Shown here piece after piece: positions 42,754 through 52,304 of a stretch of 64,000 bases of DNA. The notes under the pieces are model-generated. The model saw nothing but the letters and a program-made list of their open reading frames with translations. It had not been told where the DNA came from and ran no database searches. The stretch comes from an uncultured Spirochaetota bacterium (GTDB lineage Bacteria; Spirochaetota; Spirochaetia; SZUA-6; Fen-1364). Positions within the stretch are counted from its first letter, which is position 1. Every line of letters begins with the position of its first letter. The stretch lies in contig CAVUXE010000010.1 in NCBI GenBank assembly GCA_963745235.1, positions 1-64,000 on the forward strand, read 5' to 3'. The translations under genes were made by a program, and so were the position numbers.

Positions 42754-44077
42754 ATGAAAGCGCCTTCGTGGGAAACGCGGTTTCTCGTTCCGGCATTCCT
42801 CGCGCTCTTCGTTGGCCTGGGAATCCTCTCGGTTTTCCTGTTCACGGGAGAATCGAGCAGGGCACAAATCCTCGTGGAATACGAGGCGGAGCGCATCGCA
42901 TCGACACTCGCTGACTCTTTCCGCGCGGAAGGATCGCTGGACCAGGGCAGGCTCGACCCAAGGATCAGGGGCTTCGGCCTGTACGCGCCCGGCGGAAACC
43001 CGGTGGTTCGCGTCGGTGACGCCCCGGACACCCTTGATGTCCAGAAGGAGCGCGGGGGCTTTCGTTACGACCCGCATCGAGGGCTCCTCACGCTGCAGCG
43101 GATCTTCGGCCCCGGGATGATGAGTGGCGGGCCGGTCCGGCCTTCCGATGATGGGTGGCGGGCCGGGCCGCGGCTTTCCGATGATGGGGGAACGCTTTCC
43201 CGGCGGCGCGCCGTTCGGCGGACCACGGGGAATGTTTCACGGCCCTGCCGGCGCGCTCTTCCTGACCATGGACATTTCCTCCTACTACCGCCTGCAGTTT
43301 CTCTATGGAACCGCCGCCGTGGTTTCCCCCATCGCAGTCGCAGGTCTTGCGGCGCTTTTCTTCTCCCTGCTGTCGAGCAACATGCGCCATCGGCGCCGCG
43401 CCCAGGAGCAGGAGACCCTCGCGAGGCTGGGGGAAAGCGCCCGCACGCTTGCGCACGAGATCAGGAACCCGCTCAGCGCCATACGGATCCAGACTGGACT
43501 GCTTCGCAAGCGGCTGGCAGCCAATGCCTCCGCGGACGCCGCTCCCCAACTGGATGCAATCGACGAGGAGGTGGAGAGACTTTCCCTGCTTTCCCGCCGG
43601 GTGGCCGACTTCCTGAGAAACCCGCGGGGTGAACCGCGAAGGATAATCATCGATGAGTTCCTCGGTGACCTTGCGGGAAAGATGCCGACTCCCGTCTCCT
43701 ACTCCGCTGCCGCGGCAGCTCGGGGAACCGCGGTGAGCTTTGATGGTGACCTGCTTCGCTCGGTCGTTGAAAACCTCGTGCGCAACGCGAACGAGAGCTA
43801 CCCCGAGGGAGACGGCCCACGCGACGTGGAGCTCGCGCTTCTCAAGGAAAAGGGGTCCATCGTCATCGCGGTCCGGGACAGGGGAAAGGGGATCGCTCCC
43901 GAGCTCATGGAAAAAGTTTTCGACCCGTTCTTCACGGATAAGGTGCACGGCTCGGGAGTCGGGCTTTCCCTGTCCCGCCGGTTCATCGAGGCGGCCGGCG
44001 GCGCACTGTCCCTTGTTGCCAGAGGCGGCGGGGGCACGGAGGCGCGCATCACGCTGCCCTCGCGGGGCACGCCGTGA
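42754..44077 (+). CDS. Sensor histidine kinase (frameshift at ~43135)
   Basis: TM1 after MKAPSWETRF, extracytoplasmic domain with MMGG repeats, TM2, LAHEIRNPL, NLVRNA, DRGKGI, FDPFFT, GSGVGL. Confidence 0.88.
43117..43189 (+). repeat. 33-bp coding tandem repeat (MMxGGPGRGxP) in the kinase sensor domain
   Basis: Unit 1 43117-43147 is 31 nt (2 nt short, the site of the frameshift); unit 2 43148-43180; partial third ATGATGGGG. Confidence 0.75.
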
Positions 44078-45390
44078 AAGTCCTGATTGCAGATGATGAA
44101 AAGAACATCCGGGACTCGATTGCGGCGTTCATAGCCTCGGAAGGCATCCAGACCTTCGTGGCCGCGGATGGAATGGAGGCCCGCGCTCTTCTGGAAGACG
44201 AGGCCTTCGATTGCCTCATCCTGGACCTTCGGATGCCGAGGATGGACGGGCTGGCGCTCCTGGCGTGGCTGCAGGAGGCGGGTCCGCCCACGCCGGTGAT
44301 CGTCATCTCCGCGTACGGGGACGTCAGGGACGCGGTGCAGGCAATGAAGCTGGGCGCCAGGGACTACCTGGTCAAGCCCTTCGACCCGGAAGAGCTGGTC
44401 ATGCGGCTGCATCGGCTGCTCTCGGAAAGCTCGCTTGCCGGCCAGGCGGAAGCGGGACGGCGGGCAATGGCCGCGGGCGGCTGGATCGGGGAAGATGAGA
44501 AGATGAAGGCGGTGCGCGCCCTTGTGGAAAAAGTGGCGATGACCTCCTCCACGGTCCTCGTCACCGGGGAAAGCGGCACGGGCAAGGAAGTGGTGGCGCG
44601 TCTCCTGCACGCGCTGTCGGCCACTCCAGACGGTCCGTTTGTCGCGATCAACGTTGGCGGCGTGCCGGAGGCGCTCCTGGAGTCGGAGCTCTTCGGGCAC
44701 GAGAGGGGAGCCTTCACGGGAGCGGCTGAGCGCAAGCGCGGCATGTTCGAGCTCGCTTCATCCGGCACCCTGTTCCTCGACGAGATCGGCGACATGCCCA
44801 TGCATCTGCAGGTCAAGCTCCTCCGCGTGCTTCAGGAGAAGAAAATCCAGCGCCTGGGAGGAACTCAGCCCATCCCCATCAATGCGAGGATCGTCGCGGC
44901 GACGAACAAGGACCTGGAGACCCTCCTTTCAGAGGGCAGGTTCCGCGAAGACCTGTTCTACCGTCTGAACGTCATCAGGATAGAAGTGCCGCCCCTGCGG
45001 GAGAGGCGCGGCGACATCCCGGCCCTGGCGGGTTTTTTCGTGGAGAAGCTCAACCGGCAGATGGGACGGAAGGTTCACGGGCTGGAGCCTGAAGCGCTTG
45101 CCCGGCTTTCCGCGTACAACTTCCCGGGGAACGTGCGCGAGCTGGAAAACGCCATTGAGCGGGCGTACATCCTTTCCTCATCTGACATGATCAGCGCGCG
45201 CGATCTTGGCGGGCCGTTCGCACGCTCGCAGCGCGCCCCCCGGATGGGAAAGCTGCGTGACCAGGAACGGGAGCTCATCGAAAAGGTCCTCGCGCGTCAC
45301 GGCGGAAACCGCACCCACGCCGCACAGGAGCTCGGCATCAGCAGGCGCACCCTGCTCAACAAGATCAAGGAAGCCGGCCTGGACGGTTGA
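44074..45390 (+). CDS. Sigma-54-dependent response regulator (NtrC/ZraR/AtoC family)
   Basis: REC domain (ADDE, LDLRMP, KP), GESGTGKE, GAFTGA, LFLDEIG, FREDLFYRL, PGNVREL, Fis HTH. Confidence 0.95.
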   Translation: MKVLIADDEKNIRDSIAAFIASEGIQTFVAADGMEARALLEDEAFDCLILDLRMPRMDGLALLAWLQEAGPPTPVIVISAYGDVRDAVQAMKLGARDYLVKPFDPEELVMRLHRLLSESSLAGQAEAGRRAMAAGGWIGEDEKMKAVRALVEKVAMTSSTVLVTGESGTGKEVVARLLHALSATPDGPFVAINVGGVPEALLESELFGHERGAFTGAAERKRGMFELASSGTLFLDEIGDMPMHLQVKLLRVLQEKKIQRLGGTQPIPINARIVAATNKDLETLLSEGRFREDLFYRLNVIRIEVPPLRERRGDIPALAGFFVEKLNRQMGRKVHGLEPEALARLSAYNFPGNVRELENAIERAYILSSSDMISARDLGGPFARSQRAPRMGKLRDQERELIEKVLARHGGNRTHAAQELGISRRTLLNKIKEAGLDG

Positions 45391-45422
45391 AGCCGCGTTG
45401 GTCATGACTCGAGCGGCGCCCC

Positions 45423-45620
45423 TCAGGCGCGCTGGATCAGCTCGTTCGCCGAGCCGCAGTGGCAGGAATCACACACGGAGTGACCCGCTTCGCACGCCAC
45501 GTTGGCGCTCTTCGGCGCGCCGCAAATGGCGCAGATGTGGTCAAAGCTCTCCTGGGAGTAGCACAGCGCAGCCCCGCAGATCATCAGGCAGCCGATCCGA
45601 TGAGATTCATCGGAGGCCAT
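45423..45620 (-). CDS. Small Cys-rich Zn-finger protein, probably the truncated N-terminus of a DUF5714-type protein
   Basis: CLMICG..LCY...CAICG......CEAGHSVCDSCH; starts 3 nt after the osmC stop; only 65 aa. Confidence 0.55.
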   Translation of the reverse strand: MASDESHRIGCLMICGAALCYSQESFDHICAICGAPKSANVACEAGHSVCDSCHCGSANELIQRA

Positions 45621-45623
45621 GAT

Positions 45624-46046
45624 TCAACCCTCGAGGATAGTGATCTTTGTCTCTATGGGTCCGGCGCTGCGCAGGGTTGCCGCCACCGAGCAGTACCTGG
45701 TCTGGCTCAGCTCCACGGCGCGCGCAACGGCCTCGTGATCGATCCCCTTGCCCGTCACGACGTATTCCACCAGGAACCGGGTGAGCGCCCGCGGATGCTC
45801 ATCCGCCTGGTCGCCATGGACCTTCACCTCGAACGCGGTGACCTGCTGTCGCTTCTTTTCCAGGATGGAGATCACATCCATGGCTGTGCAGCCTGCCAGG
45901 CCCACAAGCACCAGCTCCAGCGGCCGAAACCCGTCGTTGGCTCCGCCGACCTTCGGGCTTGCGCCCAGGGGCAGGGAGAAGTTGCTCGTGAAGGCCGTGC
46001 CCGTGAAGCTCATTCCGCTCGTCCAGACCGCAGACGCATCCATCAC
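45624..46046 (-). CDS. OsmC-family protein (YhfA-like)
   Basis: RPLELVLVGLAGCTAMDV and RYCSV. Confidence 0.9.
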   Translation of the reverse strand: MMDASAVWTSGMSFTGTAFTSNFSLPLGASPKVGGANDGFRPLELVLVGLAGCTAMDVISILEKKRQQVTAFEVKVHGDQADEHPRALTRFLVEYVVTGKGIDHEAVARAVELSQTRYCSVAATLRSAGPIETKITILEG

Positions 46047-46519
46047 GGGACCTCCGTTTCGTCGTTGAGAAAATCCCCCACTGCCCCGCCCGTTATGGTG
46101 ACCAGCTGGTCGAAGGTCATCGGGACCCCGGAAGAGTCGGTCCCCGCGGCCGGGTAGATGGTCGCGTATTGCGAAAGACTCCTGTCGATGAAGATGCGAA
46201 TGGAGCCGTCGATGCCGAACGGACAGACGCCGCCGAGCCCGAAGCCGGTCGCCGCCATGGCCTCTTCCGGGCTTGCCATGCGTGACTTGACGCCCGCGGC
46301 CGCCTTGAGCTTTGCGGAGGAAAGGCGCTTGTCCCCGGGGGCTACCACCATGAATACCTTGCCGTCCTTCCCCATGAAGAGGAGGGACTTGGCGATCTGG
46401 CCCACGGTGACGCCGAGCTGCTGCGCCGCGAGGACGGAGGTGGCCGTGCTGCCGGCGTCGAACTCAGCAGCGCGCAATCCATTGGCATCCAGCACAGAGC
46501 GAACCTTGTCAGGAATCAC
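46043..46519 (-). CDS. YbaK/EbsC-family aminoacyl-tRNA deacylase
   Basis: QIAKSLLF, TGFGLGGVCPFG, YPAAG; GTG start at VIPDKV is tentative. Confidence 0.88.
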   Translation of the reverse strand: MIPDKVRSVLDANGLRAAEFDAGSTATSVLAAQQLGVTVGQIAKSLLFMGKDGKVFMVVAPGDKRLSSAKLKAAAGVKSRMASPEEAMAATGFGLGGVCPFGIDGSIRIFIDRSLSQYATIYPAAGTDSSGVPMTFDQLVTITGGAVGDFLNDETEVP

Positions 46520-46667
46520 AACAACTCTCCCGGGCGAGAGTCTATGGGAGATGCACAGTGGCGTCAACCACGGGCGAACAGGTGCGTATATCATACGGTG
46601 GTTTGACCTTGCCCCGGCGAACGCGTACATTGCTTAGTCGAGGGCAACAACAACGGAAAGGACATGC

Positions 46668-47390
46668 ATGGCAAGCCTCATTGAGCCCCGGTGTGAAAAG
46701 AAAACGACCAGAGAAGAGCTTCTCGCCAAGATGAAGGGGAAACCGGACTTCGTCCTGGAAGACCACTACTGCAAGGGAACCGGCTCCTACTGCCTGGACG
46801 ACGACCTGTGCGTCCAGATGGTTGCAAGCGCCCGGCTTCCCACGCGCATGGGCACGTTTATGCTCTACGGGTTCTTCGACAGCAGGGATGAAAAGGAGCA
46901 CACCGCCATTGTCCAGGGTGACGTGGCCGGCAAGGAACGCGTCCCGCTTCGCGTGCACTCCGAGTGCCACACGGGAGATGTGTGGGGCTCACTGCGCTGC
47001 GACTGCCGCGACCAGCTCGAAGCGGCAACCAGGTACGTTTCCCGACAACCGTTCGGCGCCGTCATCTACCTCAAGCAGGAAGGCCGCGGCATCGGCCTCC
47101 TGAACAAGATCAAGGCGTACCAGCTGCAGGACCTGGGGCTTGATACGGTTGAGGCGAACCAGTTCCTGAACATGCCCGTGGACGCCCGTGACTACAAGGT
47201 GGCCGCCAAGATAATCCAGATCCTGAAGATCCGCTCGGTGGCGCTCATGACGAACAACCCTGACAAGATCGAACAGCTCACGGCGGAGGGAATAGACGTG
47301 GTTGAAAGGATTCCCGTTGTGATTCCCTCCAACAGGTACGATGAAGACTACCTGGACGTGAAAAAGCGCAAGATGGGGCACCTCATTTAG
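46668..47390 (+). CDS. ribA: GTP cyclohydrolase II
   Basis: RVHSECHTGD, SLRCDC, QEGRGIGL, TNNPDK, KMGH. Confidence 0.95.
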   Translation: MASLIEPRCEKKTTREELLAKMKGKPDFVLEDHYCKGTGSYCLDDDLCVQMVASARLPTRMGTFMLYGFFDSRDEKEHTAIVQGDVAGKERVPLRVHSECHTGDVWGSLRCDCRDQLEAATRYVSRQPFGAVIYLKQEGRGIGLLNKIKAYQLQDLGLDTVEANQFLNMPVDARDYKVAAKIIQILKIRSVALMTNNPDKIEQLTAEGIDVVERIPVVIPSNRYDEDYLDVKKRKMGHLI

Positions 47391-47505
47391 GGCGGCCACG
47401 CCGGGTGGCGCGGCGAGCCGGTGGGGTGGCGACACGGCTGTGGCGGGACGCGCCGGTGGCGGCGCGCCGCTTGCGAGGCCTTTGTCCGAGCTTCAGCGCG
47501 TTGGT

Positions 47506-48747
47506 TCAGTCTCCCGCCTGCAGCTCCCCGGAGACCAGCGCCAACCTCTCCATGGCCTCTTCCACCAGCTCCCGGGTGTTGAAGGCGCTCATGCGGATAT
47601 AACCTTCTCCGCACAATCCGAAGCCGCTTCCCGGAGTAATGACCACGGATGCCTTCTTGAGCAGCCGGTCGAAAAAGCTCCACGAGTCCCCGCCCACCCT
47701 GGCCCAGATGTAGGGGGAGTTGTCCCCTCCGATGCACGGGAAGCCCAGGGCGTCCATCCGGCTGCGGACGATGCGGGCGTTGGCCAGGTAGTAGTCCGAG
47801 AGGGCGCGCGTCTCCTTCTTACCCTCCTGGCTGAAGGTTGCAGCGGCCGCGCGCTGCACGGGATACGAGACCCCGTTGAGCTTTGTCGACTGGCGCCGGG
47901 ACCACAGCGCGTGCAGGGAATATCCCTTTCCTTGCGCATCCCAGGCCATGCACGTCTTTGGAACAACCGTGTAGGCGCACCGGGTCCCGGTGAACCCGGC
48001 GGTCTTGGAGAAGCTGCGAAACTCTATGGCGCACTCCTTCGCGCCGGGAATCTCGAAAATCGAATGCGGGAGCGAGTCGTCCCGGATGAAGGAGACGTAC
48101 GCCGCATCGTAGAGGATGAGCGCCTTTGCGGCGCGCGCATAGTCCACCCAGGCGGCAAGGCGCGTGCGGTCAATGGCCGCGCCGGTGGGATTGTTGGGAA
48201 AGCAGAGGTAGATGAGGTCCACGCGGGATTTGGGCGGGTCGGGCACGAACTGGTTGTCCTCCGTGCAATCCAGGTAGATCAGCCCCGCATACCTGCCGTC
48301 ATGATACTGCCCCGTGCGACCCGCCATCACGTTTGTGTCCACGTAGACCGGATACACCGGGTCCGGGATGGCAATCCTGATGTCCGCGGCAAACAGCTCC
48401 TGGATGTTGGCGGTATCTGATTTTGCCCCGTCGCTGATCGCGATCTCCTCCGGGCTGATGTCAGCCCCGCGCGCCTGGAAATCGTTTTCCGCGATGGCCG
48501 CGCGCAGAAAGTCGTACCCGAGGTCGGGCGGATACCCGCGGAAAGTCTGTGCGTCGCCCATCTCTTCGACGGCCAGGCGAAACGCTTTCACCACGGAGGG
48601 ACTCAAGGGTAGAGTCACGTCCCCCACGCCCATGCTGATCACCCTGGCCTCGGGGTGGTCACTCTTGAACTGGCCGACGCGGCGGGAGATTTCGCTGAAC
48701 AGGTACGAGGAGGAAAGCTTCGGATAGTTCGGGTTGATGCGGATCAT
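47506..48747 (-). CDS. dapL: LL-diaminopimelate aminotransferase
   Basis: SYLFSEI, GVGDVT, SDGAKSD, CFPNNPTG, SFSKTAGFTGTRC, TPGSGFG. Confidence 0.95.
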   Translation of the reverse strand: MIRINPNYPKLSSSYLFSEISRRVGQFKSDHPEARVISMGVGDVTLPLSPSVVKAFRLAVEEMGDAQTFRGYPPDLGYDFLRAAIAENDFQARGADISPEEIAISDGAKSDTANIQELFAADIRIAIPDPVYPVYVDTNVMAGRTGQYHDGRYAGLIYLDCTEDNQFVPDPPKSRVDLIYLCFPNNPTGAAIDRTRLAAWVDYARAAKALILYDAAYVSFIRDDSLPHSIFEIPGAKECAIEFRSFSKTAGFTGTRCAYTVVPKTCMAWDAQGKGYSLHALWSRRQSTKLNGVSYPVQRAAAATFSQEGKKETRALSDYYLANARIVRSRMDALGFPCIGGDNSPYIWARVGGDSWSFFDRLLKKASVVITPGSGFGLCGEGYIRMSAFNTRELVEEAMERLALVSGELQAGD

Positions 48748-48878
48748 CCCACCTTATACCCGTCACCTTCGCGAGGTGTCAAGGAAAGGGTTGGAGCACT
48801 TGGAGCGCGGCTCCGGCAGGGCGGGCCGTTGTTGCGAGTGCCGTGGGATTTTCGTACCTTAGGGAGAGGGAAAGAGGC

Positions 48879-49406
48879 ATGGAAAATATCCGCTACCCGA
48901 TTGGGAAGTTCGCATTCGACGTCGACATCACTCCGGAGAAACGGGGCGCGTGCATCCAGGACATCAGGGGCCTGCCGGCGAAGCTGCGAAGCGCCGTCGC
49001 CGGGCTCTCCGACCAGCAGCTGGATACACCCTATCGCGACGGGGGATGGACGGTCCGGCAGCTCACGCACCACATTGCAGACAGTCACATGAACGCCTTC
49101 ATCCGCTGGAAGCTCGCCTTGACGGAGACGGGTCCGACTATCAAGCCCTATGACCAGGATGAGTGGGTGACCACGGGGGACGTGACGGGCATGGACGTGG
49201 AGCCGTCCCTCGCGCTGGTGGACGGGCTGCATGCGCGTTGGGTGCGTCTCCTTGCCTCGCTTTCCCCGTCGGACTTCCAGCGTATCTTCAACCATCCCGA
49301 AAGCGGCGTGGTGACCCTGGAACGCCAGCTCCAGCTCTATGCCTGGCACGGGCGCCATCATGTCGCCCACATCCTCTCCCTGAGAGAAAGAAAGGACTGG
49401 AAATAA
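48879..49406 (+). CDS. YfiT/BstA-like DinB-family thiol transferase
   Basis: RYPIG, TPYRDGGWTVRQLTHHIADSH, YAWHGRHHVAHI. Confidence 0.9.
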   Translation: MENIRYPIGKFAFDVDITPEKRGACIQDIRGLPAKLRSAVAGLSDQQLDTPYRDGGWTVRQLTHHIADSHMNAFIRWKLALTETGPTIKPYDQDEWVTTGDVTGMDVEPSLALVDGLHARWVRLLASLSPSDFQRIFNHPESGVVTLERQLQLYAWHGRHHVAHILSLRERKDWK

Positions 49407-49414
49407 TTCCTCAT

Positions 49415-50215
49415 ATGAAATCACCAAAACAGGTCGGGCTGGAAAACGAGATCCGATCCCGCCTGACCGGCATGGTCCGCACAGCGGCGGACATCCTCCT
49501 GGATGACCAGGAGATTCAGCATCTCCAGGAGTACGCGAACGTCGTCTCGATCAAGAGGCTGGGATACAACGACCACGGCCCGGTGCACATGCGCACGGTT
49601 GTGCTCAACGCCATCATCATGGCTGACCTGATGCACGCGGCCGGCATCCCGCTCAGCCTGCAGGCGGACGACGCGGGCACCTACGAGGATAGCCTTGTCG
49701 GGCTGCTCCTGGCCGGGATGCTGCACGACGTCGGCATGAGCATCGGCCGCGCTGACCACGAGCATGACGGGGTCTGGCTGGCCCTCCCCATCATGGATCG
49801 GGTCCTCGCCCAGGTCTATGGAGCCGACATCGCTCGGAGGGTCGTCGTCCGATCCCTTGCGGTGGAGTGCATTGTCGGCCACATGGCAACGCAGCGGGTT
49901 CACTCCCTGGAGGCGGGCATCATCCTTGTCGCGGACGGTTGCGACATGGAGAAAGGCCGGGCCCGCATCCCCATGATGATAGCCACCGAGTCCCGCGTGG
50001 GGGACATCCACAAGTATTCGGCCTCCGCCATCGAACAGGTCAAGCTGGAACGGGGCGTGCAAAGACCAATCCGCATCACCGTGGAGATGAAGGCTACCGT
50101 GGGCTTCTTCCAGGTGGAGGAAGTCCTCCTCCACAAGATCGACTGGAGCCCCGGCAAAACCGTTCATCGAGCTGTACGCGGGGGTCATTGAAAAGAAGAT
50201 CAAGTGCTATCTCGG
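49415..50215 (+). CDS. HD-domain phosphohydrolase (frameshift at ~50150; 3' end uncertain)
   Basis: RLGYNDHGPVH, LHDVG, GHM, VADGCDMEKGRARIP, DIH; continues as PAKPFIELYAG in a shifted frame. Confidence 0.82.
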
Positions 50216-50408
50216 ATGCGCCAGTCGATCTGAGAGCGCTGAGAGCCCGGGGGCTCATCCCCGCACGGGCGCTCATCCTCACCCCCGTGCAGGCGGAAAC
50301 GGAGCGGCCAGGAGCGCGCAGCACGAGGCGGGGAAAGCATAGCAGGGCGCGCGGGTCCCTGCCGCGGACTTGCAACGCACCCCCCAAGTCGGCATCCTGT
50401 GCGGACGC

Positions 50409-51311
50409 ATGACAGGCATGAGATCAACTCCACGGTGGGGCACCGAGCGGGGGAAGGCGCTTCTTGCCCTGACCGCCTGCGCGCTCCTGTGGAGCACCGG
50501 TGGCCTGCTCATCAAGATCGTGGATTGGAATCCGTTCGCGCTCGCCGGGGTGCGCAGCCTCATTGGCGGTCTGCTCATCCTTGCGGTTCTGCGCCGACCG
50601 CACTTTACCTGGTCGTTCCCCCAGGTGGCCGGTGCGGTCTCCTACGCGGCATGCATGGTTCTTTTCGTCGCGGCCAACAAGCTGACAACGGCGGCAAACG
50701 CGATCCTGCTGCAGTACACGGCGCCGATCTATGCCGCGGTCTTCGGCTGGATACTCCTGAGAGAGAAAGCGAGCGTGGTGGACTGGGCCACCATCGTCGT
50801 GGTGCTCGGGGGGATGGTGCTCTTCTTCATGGACAGGCTGGGACGGGGTGGAGTGGCGGGCAACCTCCTTGCCATATCCAGCGGCATCTTCTTTGCCGGG
50901 ACCATGGTTGCCCTTCGTCGGCAGAAGGACGGATCTCCCCTCGAATCTCTCCTGCTCAGCCACGCCATTACTTTTGTTGTCGCCATCCCGTTCCTGTGGG
51001 GACCGCTTCCGGGCGTTCGCTCACTGGTGGGGCTTGCGTTCCTCGGCGTCTTCCAGATCGGGATACCTTCTTTCCTTCTCACCTATGGGGTGAAGCGCGT
51101 GACCGCCCTTCAGACCCTTCTCACGTCGGTCCTGGAGCCCATCTTCAACCCGATCTGGGTCTTCCTGATCCTGGGGGAAACCCCCGGACCGCGCGCCCTT
51201 GTGGGCGGCATCATCATCCTGCTGGCAGTGACGGCGCGGTCCGTGATCAGCCTTCGATGGGGGGCCCTGCCGGCTGGCGGCGGCTCACCAGCAGAACGCC
51301 GGCCAGGATGA
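50409..51311 (+). CDS. DMT/EamA-family transporter
   Basis: About 10 TM segments, TTAANAILLQYTAP, LEPIFNPIWV. Confidence 0.9.
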   Translation: MTGMRSTPRWGTERGKALLALTACALLWSTGGLLIKIVDWNPFALAGVRSLIGGLLILAVLRRPHFTWSFPQVAGAVSYAACMVLFVAANKLTTAANAILLQYTAPIYAAVFGWILLREKASVVDWATIVVVLGGMVLFFMDRLGRGGVAGNLLAISSGIFFAGTMVALRRQKDGSPLESLLLSHAITFVVAIPFLWGPLPGVRSLVGLAFLGVFQIGIPSFLLTYGVKRVTALQTLLTSVLEPIFNPIWVFLILGETPGPRALVGGIIILLAVTARSVISLRWGALPAGGGSPAERRPG

Positions 51312-52170
51312 TCACGCCGCCGAGCACCTGGATCCAGACGATGGACTCCCCCAGGAGCGCCACTCCGCCGAGCGCACCGACCACGGGAATCAGGTTCACG
51401 TAGGGGCTCACGGAAACGGGCCCGAGGCGGGAAAGCGCGTAAACGTACAGGAAGTTCGAAAGAGCGGAGCAGAAAACGGCAAGGTAGGCGAGACTGACCC
51501 AGGCGGCAGGGGTGATGAGCACCCACTGCCCGCGCTCGAGCAGGCAGAACGGAATGAGGAAAGCGGTGCCGAAGATGGACTGGTAGGTGGTAATGGCAAT
51601 ATCGGAAAGCCGCGTGTGCAGGTTCTTGCTCAGAAGGATGTAGGCGACCCAGGCCGCGCATGCGCCGAACATGAAGAGGTCTCCCGCCAGGGAAAGGGGC
51701 GCTGCCTCAGCGGCCCCGGGGCGGCCAACCACGAAAACCACCCCCACCACGGAAAGCGCAATGCCTGCGCCGATAATCCACGAGATGCGGGTGCGGTAGA
51801 AGACAGCTTCGGTCGCTACCGTGACCACGGGGATGACCGCAATGATGAGGGAAGCGTGGGACGCGGAGGTGAGCTTGATCCCGCGGGATTCAAAGAAGAA
51901 GTAGATCGTCACGCCGCACAGCCCGCTTGCAAGGAGCGGGAGGAGGTCTTTCCGCCGGAGGCGCGCCGCCGGGTCGAACCGTCGAAGAAAGATGTTCAGG
52001 ATCACCGTTGCCGCGACAAACCGGAGGGTGACCATTGTCATGGGAGGAACGCCCGTATTCAGGATTGTCTTGGAGGCGACAAAGGACAAACCCCAGAAGA
52101 GGACGGTCCCCCAGATCGCGAGCAGCGCAAGGCTGCGCGAGGGGGCGTAAGCGCCGGTATGTGTCGACAT
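51247..52170 (-). CDS. DMT/EamA-family transporter
   Basis: FWGLSFVASK, LRF, TSASHASLI, NLIPV, LLGE; start MSTHTG. Confidence 0.9.
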   Translation of the reverse strand: MSTHTGAYAPSRSLALLAIWGTVLFWGLSFVASKTILNTGVPPMTMVTLRFVAATVILNIFLRRFDPAARLRRKDLLPLLASGLCGVTIYFFFESRGIKLTSASHASLIIAVIPVVTVATEAVFYRTRISWIIGAGIALSVVGVVFVVGRPGAAEAAPLSLAGDLFMFGACAAWVAYILLSKNLHTRLSDIAITTYQSIFGTAFLIPFCLLERGQWVLITPAAWVSLAYLAVFCSALSNFLYVYALSRLGPVSVSPYVNLIPVVGALGGVALLGESIVWIQVLGGVIILAGVLLVSRRQPAGPPIEG

Positions 52171-52203
52171 TATGGTGCACCACGCTACCAGAATGCCCGG
52201 TTT

Positions 52204-52266
52204 GCGGCAACTCCCGGCCGCGGGAACTCCCGGAGCGCGAACTGCCGGCCGCGGCACCGACGGGCC
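52204..52266. repeat. Degenerate 15-16 bp tandem repeat (4 units) in a divergent intergenic region
   Basis: GCGGCAACTCCCGGCC, GCGGGAACTCCCGGAG, CGCGAACTGCCGGCC, GCGGCACCGACGGGCC. Confidence 0.55.
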
Positions 52267-52304
52267 GGTGCGCCTCTGCCCGCCATGGTGTATGATAGGC
52301 GATC

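Noticed and set aside
47391-47505. G-rich tract with four GTGGCG words between ribA and dapL
   Set aside because: Irregular spacing and low complexity; no consistent unit, spacer structure or clear quadruplex pattern.
52204-52266. Possible mini-CRISPR
   Set aside because: Units are 15-16 bp, adjacent with no spacers, and there are no cas genes in the window.
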